Origin: Macrostomum lignano
Lineage: Eukaryota
NCBI GenBank assembly: GCA_002269645.1
Contig: NIVC01000226.1
Span: 1 to 64,000, forward strand
Direction: 5' to 3'
DNA: 64,000 bases
How positions within the stretch are numbered: position 1 is the first letter of the stretch; every line of letters starts with the position of its first letter. The notes below the pieces were generated by a model. The model made no database searches. It saw only the letters and a list, made by a program, of their open reading frames with translations, and was not told the origin of the DNA. Below, piece after piece: positions 60,196 through 64,000 of this stretch. The position numbers and the translations under genes are program-made.

Positions 60196-63100
60196 GCTGA
60201 TGACTGCGACACCCTGCTCAAGGACAGGGACCTGGACTCCTGCACGCTGGAGGAGCTGGTCGAGCAGGCCACGAGGCTGGAGCAAATCGCGAGAAAATGC
60301 AAACCAGGCAACTCGCCCGCAGTGGCGATGGTTGACGATCGACTGGCACGGCTGGAGCAGCAGCTGGAGACCCTGACGGCTGCGGTGACGAGGGGCGGCA
60401 GCGCGAGAGGACGCGGTGGCGGCAGACAGAGAGATCAGCAGCAGCGGTCATCAGGCTGCTTCGGTGCGGTAAGGAAGGCCACATCGCCCGCCCGTGCCCT
60501 GCTGGCGGATCTCAGGGCCAAGGTCGCTGCTTCAACTGCTCCGGCTGGGGCCACGGCGCGGCTGTCTGTCCGTCAAAGGCTCGGCCGTCGGGAAACTTCT
60601 GAGGGTTGGCAGCGAAGGGCCAGCTCCAACCCGTCAATCAAGTGCCCAATCTGCACTCTCCATCTTCGTGCGTGCGCTTCTGCAAGGCAAGGAGGTCAGT
60701 TTCCTGCTCGACACTGGCGCACAGACATCCTTGATCAGCCGCAGCCTCGCGCAAGTCTGCGGCCTTCAGATCGAGCCCGGTGAAAGCTGCTGCCCGACTT
60801 CGGTCGATGGTGGCCGCCTGAGTTGCATCGGGATTTCCCGAGCCACAATTCAAGTCGGCCAGTCAGTCAAGGTCGTCCACGAGCTCAACGTGGTGGAGAA
60901 CATCAGTCTGGATCTCATCCTCGGCATGGACTTCATCACCCAAGCCACCCGAGAGCTTCAGATCGACATCGTTGGTAGGACCGTATGCCTCAACGGAGAG
61001 AAAGTCCCGTTCTTCAACAGCAGCTCAAGCGTCCGAATGGTGACCGGCACCCTCGTTGCTCGAGTGGAAAGCAACACAAGTGTTCCAGCACGCAGCGAAA
61101 AGCTGGTGTGGCTCCGCGTCAAGTCGGAAGACGAGCAAGGCATCTTCGAGCCCGACGCCAACTTTACCCAAGCGACTGGTTTGCTTGTCTCGAGAGTTTT
61201 GACCGTTTCAGCTGATCAGAAGATTCCAGTCCGGGTGTGCAATTTAGGCTCCGAGGAGGTGCTGCTCTACGCCAACAAGGCCGTCGGCTCTTTTGAAGCT
61301 GCCGACCTGATCAACAACAGCGCTGGCACAGTCAAGCAGTCGGACTGCTGGGATGTCAACCCTGACTTGGATGCGGCTGAAAGGCAGAGACTACTGGCAC
61401 TGCTCAAGGCGAACGGTGACCTATTCAGCACTCACGAGTACGACCTCGGCTCCACAGCGAGCCCTACAAGCAGCGCCAGCGACCGATTCCGCTGCCGGTT
61501 CGTGACCAGGTCGACCAGAAAATCGGCCAGATGCTGGAGCACGACATCATTGAGCCGTCCAACTCGCCCTGGGCCAGCAATCTGATCGTCGTCCGGAAAA
61601 AGAGCGGCGACATCCGCCTATGCACCGACTGGCGTCAGTTGAACGCTGTGACCATCAAGGACGCCTACCCCCTGCCGCACCTGCAACAATCGATGGATGC
61701 TCTGGCGGGCTGCTCTTGGTTTACCACCATCGACTGCAAGCAGGGGCTCAACCAGGTCGTGGTCGACGAGGCAGACCGCTACAAGACTGCTTTCTATTCC
61801 ACGCGAGGCCTTATGCAGTTCAAGAAGATGGGCTTCGGTATTTGCAACTCTCCTGCGACCTTCCAGAGGCTAATGGAGCTCGTTATGTCCGGCCTGACCT
61901 GGGAGGAGGTGCTAGTCTACGTGGATGACTTGATCGTGTTCAGTCGGAGCTTCGAAGAGCATCTGGCCAGCCTGCGCAAAGTTTTTGACAGGCTGCGAGC
62001 TGCGGGACTGAAGCTCAACAAGGACAAGTCGGTGTTCGCTCACAGGAGCGTGAAGTACCTGGGCCACATCGTCAGCCGGGAAGGAATTCGGCCGGATCCG
62101 GACAAAGTGGAGGCCCTGGCCAAGATTCAGTAACAAAGTTCTGCCGAGGAGGTGCGACGATTCATCGGTATGTTGTGCTTCTATCGCAGATTCATCAGGG
62201 ACTTCAGCAAGACAGCAGCACCACTGCATGCTGCAACACAGAAGACGGGCTTCACCTGGACAGACGAGTGCGAGACGGCCTTCCAGACGCTCAAGGACCA
62301 ACTTGGGCGAGCACCTGTGCTTCGCCTGCCGGACTTCAGCCGACCATTTGTCCTGAGCTGCGACGCCAGCGCCATCGCAGTGGGTGCGGTTCTCTGCCAG
62401 CGTTACGGAGACGCGGAGCTTCCAGTGGCGTTTGCCTTCAGGACCCTCAACAAGGCGGAACGAAATTACTCGGCCACTGACAGGGAACTGCTCGCCTTGG
62501 TTTGGAGTCTCAAGCACTTCAGAGCCTACCTGTGCAACGTGAAAGACTTCACTGTGTTACCGATCACCAGCCGCTCAAGGGCCTGCTGCAGACCAAGGAG
62601 CCAGAGGGTCGGCTGGCACGTTGGCTCGACACCATCCAGCAGTTCAATTTCGCGCTCTGCTATCGGCCAGGGCGGGAGAACGTGGTGCCAGACCTGCTCA
62701 GTCGGACGGCTGTCACTCAACTAGCAAATCGCGATGACTTCCTGGCAGAGCAGCTCCGAGACAGCCTTCTGCAGAATGTCTTCAAGGCGATCAGTGACAG
62801 CTTCGTCCACCTGTCCAAAGGCTGTCAGCAGCGATTCGAAGAATTCATAGCAAATGGCGACATCGAGATCGGGCAACACGGTGAGCTGGTCCGGCAGGGC
62901 AAACCGGTGGTGCCCAGCCACCTGCGTGCGCATTTCCTGGCTGACGCGCACGACGCCGCCTGCAGCGGTCACCTCGGCACAGACCGAACGCTGGACAAGC
63001 TCGCCGACCGCTGCTGGTGGCCGGGCATGCACAACGACGTCAAGAACTGGGTCGCCAGCTGCGCCGCTTGTCTTCGGCGGAAGAACAGCAGTCGGCCGCA

Positions 63101-64000
63101 GCGATCACCACTGCAAGCGACTCCACTGCCGTCGAGGCCATATGGGAGATGGTCCAGATCGATATCAAGGGTCCGCTGCTAAGGACACCACGAGGCAACA
63201 GTTACGTGCTGAGCATCTTTGACTGCTTCTCAAAGTGGATGGAGACCTGCGCTCTACCGAGCATCGAGGCTGAGCGGGTGGCCGACGCTATGGTCAGGCA
63301 GGTAGCGCTTCGGCACGGCGTCCCAGACGCAATCCACAGCGACCAAGGGTGTCAATTCGAAAGCCATCTGTTCCAGTCCCTGTGCCAGCGGCTCGGCATG
63401 CAGAAAAGCCGCACTTTGCCTTTCCATCCCAGCGGCAACGGCCTGGTCGAGCGCGGAAACCGAACCTTTGGTGACATGCTAGCGACGGTTGTGGCAGAGG
63501 ATCAGGACGACTGGGACCTCCAACTTGCCTTCGTCACGTGGGCCTTCAACAGCTCGGTGCACTCGACCACGGGCCTGTCGCCGTACCAGACGCTGCACGG
63601 ATGGCCACCAAGGCTGCCAATCGACTCGAAGCTGCCCAAAGCATTGAATGGCTTCACTGATGCGCTGGACTTTGCAGAGGCAACTCAGAGGCGCCTGCTG
63701 GACAGCCGGGCGCGTGTCCATCAGCAACTGCAGGCGTCACAGACCGAGCGCAACGAGCGGTACAACATGGAGACTCGGTTCCGGCCGTACAAAGAGGGCG
63801 ACTTGGTGATGCTGAGCTGCAAGGTGGTGAAACCTGGCAGATCAAAAAGCCTCAGTAACCGCTGGACCGGGCCGTACATCATCTTGAAGAGGCTCGGCGA
63901 GGTCAACTACCGAGTGCGGCCGGCCTCGGGTCCCGGCGTGCGGATGCGACGCAGGCAGGTGGTGCACCACGACCGGCTCAAACCATTTGTGGAACGGCGC
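60196..64000 (+). mobile_element. Ty3/gypsy LTR retrotransposon internal region (gag-end, PR, RT, RH, INT), 5'-truncated and frameshifted
   Basis: Two CCHC knuckles (CF.CGKEGHIARPC frameshifted; CFNCSGWGHGAAVC), LDTGA, SPWASNLIVVRKK, YVDD, CDAS..ERNYSATDREL, H-H-C-C, DIKGP, HSDQG, HPSGNGLVER, GPY. Runs off the window; no LTR seen. Confidence 0.96.

Overview
AT- and repeat-rich animal genomic DNA, most like a free-living flatworm such as Macrostomum (inferred from the gene set, minisatellite-filled introns and a Mab-21-type gene; not verified). On the + strand are three spliced genes in a row: CNOT10 (13164-23912), an orphan C2H2 zinc-finger gene (26053-28061) and DPH7 (29153-45476). A convergent phospholipid scramblase lies on the - strand (45747-47920). 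All four exon chains are phase-consistent. The right end holds a cGAS-like/Mab-21 nucleotidyltransferase gene and a small secreted Cys-rich ORF. Mobile DNA comprises a mariner, nested TIR elements (hAT-like, CMC), three non-autonomous Helitrons (two fused head-to-tail), a tRNA-derived SINE, an intron-containing Ginger1, a decayed piggyBac and a 5'-truncated Ty3/gypsy. Main leads: (1) a RIP-like CpA->TpA (plus CpG) mutation signature, seen in mariner codons, paired Helitron copies and the AT-rich left block; (2) a DPH7 first exon with no start codon that a flatworm spliced-leader 3' AUG would complete in frame, within a probable CNOT10-ZF-DPH7 operon; (3) modular Helitrons carrying tRNA-like boxes and minisatellites; (4) a cGAS-like receptor with intact catalytic motifs. 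All assignments come from reading the sequence; no database searches were run.
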